64,000 nt of DNA, taken from contig JAHBXR010000007.1 of the NCBI GenBank assembly GCA_019636335.1, forward strand, positions 109,978 through 173,977, given 5' to 3'. Shown here piece after piece: positions 61,500 through 64,000 of the stretch (within the stretch, counting starts at the first letter, position 1; each line of letters opens with the position of its first letter). Source of the stretch: Pirellulales bacterium (lineage in GTDB: Bacteria; Planctomycetota; Planctomycetia; Pirellulales; JAEUIK01). A model generated the notes under the pieces. That model saw only the letters and a list, made by a program, of their open reading frames with translations, had not been told where the DNA came from and searched no databases. A program made the translations under genes and the position numbers.

Positions 61500-61644
61500 G
61501 GTGTACGCGTCAGAAGATGACCTGCGGCGCTGGCAGTTGGGCGTCTGGTGGAGTTATCCACCCAAACATAGCTCGCACGCATGTGCGAAACGGAGTGCCA
61601 GGCGGGCCGAGCCGCGTCGTGGGCCGAATGCCCCGTCACAGTCG

Positions 61645-64000
61645 TTAAAACTGGCGCAGGCGGCGGTAGCGCCGGGCGAAACCCAGGAGGCCGATTCCCC
61701 CGAGCGACAGCAGAATAGCCGTCGAAGGTTCGGGCACGGCGATGACCGAGAGGACCAGTTCCCCTCCCTGCTCGAGCACGAGCTGCGCGTAGCCCGTCTG
61801 ATTCGTGAAGGAGAGGGGGATGCCGTTCAACGTGGCGCTTACGATATTGATATCGAACAACTGCAACTCGGTGCCGGCGAAGAGACCATCTTCGGCGAGC
61901 GTACCGTAGATGGCATCCTGCTCGAAGAGCAGCGAGAGCGTCACCGGATGCGAGGCCTCGAGTACACGGTCGCCGTGGTGCCGCAACGAGGTGCCCTCGA
62001 CGATGAGCGAGCCGCTCAATTCGCCATCGATCTCGCGCACGTAGGCATAAGGAGCGTCGCTCGTCAGCGGGCCAACCGTGCGTTGGATCTCGGTCCATTG
62101 CGCGAGAATGGTGTCGGTCCAGCCGGCAGCCGCATCCTGCACGCGGAGCCCCAGGTATTCATCGCTCGAGGTCAGCCGGGTGAGTTCGAAACGCGAGGGC
62201 GCGCCCGCCTCGGCAGTCTCGATGACGCTGAGAAAGGCCGCGTCGCTGGCATACATCGACGCGGTCATGCGCTGTGTCTCTTCGAACTGATCGAACTCGT
62301 CGTGCATGTAGATGCTCGACAGGTCGAGGACCATGTCGTGCGTCGAGATAAGGTGTTCGATCGCCTGCTGGCCGCCGTGCTCCCAGGCCACTTGCATCAT
62401 CTGCGGCGAATCGGTCAGCACGGTCTGCGTGCCGCGACCGACGAGGTTGAATCCGTACCAGTGGTCATCGTCAGATCGCATGCGATCGAAGACGACGAAA
62501 TATTCCTCGCCGGGGAAGGCGATGCTCCGTGTGACGTCGGTGCCGCGGTAGGTCATGCCGAGGCTCGAGAAATCGCTCACGCCCACGAAGCCGCCATGCT
62601 CCGTGCTGTCGAGCCGATTCGTGTGCGTGAAGTCTTCGGGGCGCATCGTGCGGCCGCCGTCGCCATTTTCGGGATCGAAGAATGCGGGTACGACCGGATC
62701 CCCCGCCTGTCCGTCAACGAGCACCACGTTGTGCCAGTCGCCGTGTTGGGAATCAAACCCGGCTGGCGTGTTCGAGATGTCGGTGCGCGCATAACCGGGG
62801 GCCACGAGAATATAGTGTCCGCGCGAGGAGACGAGGATCTCGCCCGTATCGTTGTGAGAGTGGAACGCCGCGACCTTGATCGGCCCGTGCGTGCTCGTGG
62901 CGGCGCCGTGGGGACTGTCGATGCCGGCGGACAAGAGCAGGTAGTCGCTCGTGGGTCCCCAGTTCTGACGAAAAACGGAGACGTGGCTCTGTCCCATGGC
63001 CAGGAATGTGGGGGACGTCGTCGGTTGGTGAGGCGCGACGTTCGTGAAGTCGGTCAGCGCGAAGAAGGAGCTGTACGAGTAGTCGTTGAGTTGCAGATTC
63101 GTGTTGGCGAAGGGATTCGGCGGCAGCGAGTTCAAGTACCACAAAGTCTGCGCCGCGGTGTCCGGATTCGTCGATTGCGAGAACAGGTTCACGCCGACGC
63201 CGTAATTCAGGCCGTTCGATACGTTGGGAGTCGTGCCGTCCGGTTTCCGCAGCGCGATCGACATATCGATCAGCGGTTGGAAATTCGGATATAGATCGAC
63301 GCCCGAGGCCTGCTCGTACGCGCGGGTGAAGAGCGACACGTGTCGCATGATGTAGTTGAGGTAGTGCCCCTGGCCGTCGGTATACCAGCCGTCATCGGTC
63401 GTGCTGTAATTGAAATGCACTTGCAGATCGCCGAGCCCCTGATTGAGGAGCGTCTGGCTGCGCAGCAAGACCCCCGCCAAGGCTCGTGTCGCGCCGATCT
63501 TGCCTTTCGCGTTGCTGTTGGTGAATCCACTTGCAAGGCTTTGCGTGGTGAGCGCCAACTTGGTGCGAATGGCGTCGCGCGTTGCCTGAGGTAAATCCGC
63601 GAGCGGCGCGAGACGGATAAAATCGTAAGCCGATAGATAACTGGTAACGACCTCGGGGCGGGTGATCGTCGTGCCGCCGGGGACGTCCATGAGCAACAGT
63701 GCGCCGACGGCCTTGTTCAGATCCGCCACATTGCCCGTCATGGCATAGCGCAGGCCAGCCGATTGAGCGATCGACGAGTCCGTGGCGGCCTGGCTGTAGG
63801 TGGTGGGCACCACTCCGCTGGGAGTCTGATTCGCGCGGCCATTGACCGTGTCGCGCCAGAACTGCTGCGTCGCGTTGAGGGGCGAGAGCCAGACAGCCCG
63901 AAAATCGTCGAGATCGTTGCCCAGAATGACCGAGACGGTGTCTTTCGTTTCGGGGGGTAGGACCCCCGTCAGCGAGCCAATCGACATTTGCGCTAGTGCC
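61645..64000 (-). CDS. Heparinase II/III-like polysaccharide lyase with PEP-CTERM anchor, 5'-partial
   Basis: The frame stays open past ATG 63987 to the window edge (...ALAQMSIG). DDGWYTDGQGHYLNY, FHSHNDTG and HNVVLVDG motifs; C-terminal VPEPSTAILLSLGGIGLLGFARRYRR. Confidence 0.8.
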   Translation of the reverse strand, partial: ALAQMSIGSLTGVLPPETKDTVSVILGNDLDDFRAVWLSPLNATQQFWRDTVNGRANQTPSGVVPTTYSQAATDSSIAQSAGLRYAMTGNVADLNKAVGALLLMDVPGGTTITRPEVVTSYLSAYDFIRLAPLADLPQATRDAIRTKLALTTQSLASGFTNSNAKGKIGATRALAGVLLRSQTLLNQGLGDLQVHFNYSTTDDGWYTDGQGHYLNYIMRHVSLFTRAYEQASGVDLYPNFQPLIDMSIALRKPDGTTPNVSNGLNYGVGVNLFSQSTNPDTAAQTLWYLNSLPPNPFANTNLQLNDYSYSSFFALTDFTNVAPHQPTTSPTFLAMGQSHVSVFRQNWGPTSDYLLLSAGIDSPHGAATSTHGPIKVAAFHSHNDTGEILVSSRGHYILVAPGYARTDISNTPAGFDSQHGDWHNVVLVDGQAGDPVVPAFFDPENGDGGRTMRPEDFTHTNRLDSTEHGGFVGVSDFSSLGMTYRGTDVTRSIAFPGEEYFVVFDRMRSDDDHWYGFNLVGRGTQTVLTDSPQMMQVAWEHGGQQAIEHLISTHDMVLDLSSIYMHDEFDQFEETQRMTASMYASDAAFLSVIETAEAGAPSRFELTRLTSSDEYLGLRVQDAAAGWTDTILAQWTEIQRTVGPLTSDAPYAYVREIDGELSGSLIVEGTSLRHHGDRVLEASHPVTLSLLFEQDAIYGTLAEDGLFAGTELQLFDINIVSATLNGIPLSFTNQTGYAQLVLEQGGELVLSVIAVPEPSTAILLSLGGIGLLGFARRYRRLRQF

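Overview
GC-rich bacterial chromosomal segment that reads as a planctomycete (Pirellulales-like). The markers are DUF1559, DUF1549/DUF1553 plus DUF1501, BBP7, DUF1570, PVC-type CxxCH heme proteins, a LEPR-XLL export motif and a PEP-CTERM tail. About 38 genuine CDSs are present; most other ORFs in the track are antisense shadows. I found no rRNA, tRNA, CRISPR array, transposase or prophage. The best leads are: (1) an orphan sigma54 promoter followed by about 330 nt of hairpin-rich non-coding sequence and an intrinsic terminator (40.8-41.15 kb), a candidate standalone sRNA; (2) a ~160-190 bp nested-palindrome MITE/REP-like element in two near-identical copies, one upstream of lexA; (3) a secreted GH64-like beta-1,3-glucanase with two permuted Fn3-like inserts; (4) a candidate LexA operator, TGTAC-N4-GTA(C/T)A; (5) a FixJ-type regulator split by a G7 tract; (6) a beta-oxidation multifunctional enzyme whose motifs resemble plant peroxisomal MFP2/AIM1. 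All calls come from reading motifs by eye; no database searches were run, and several start codons are my estimates.
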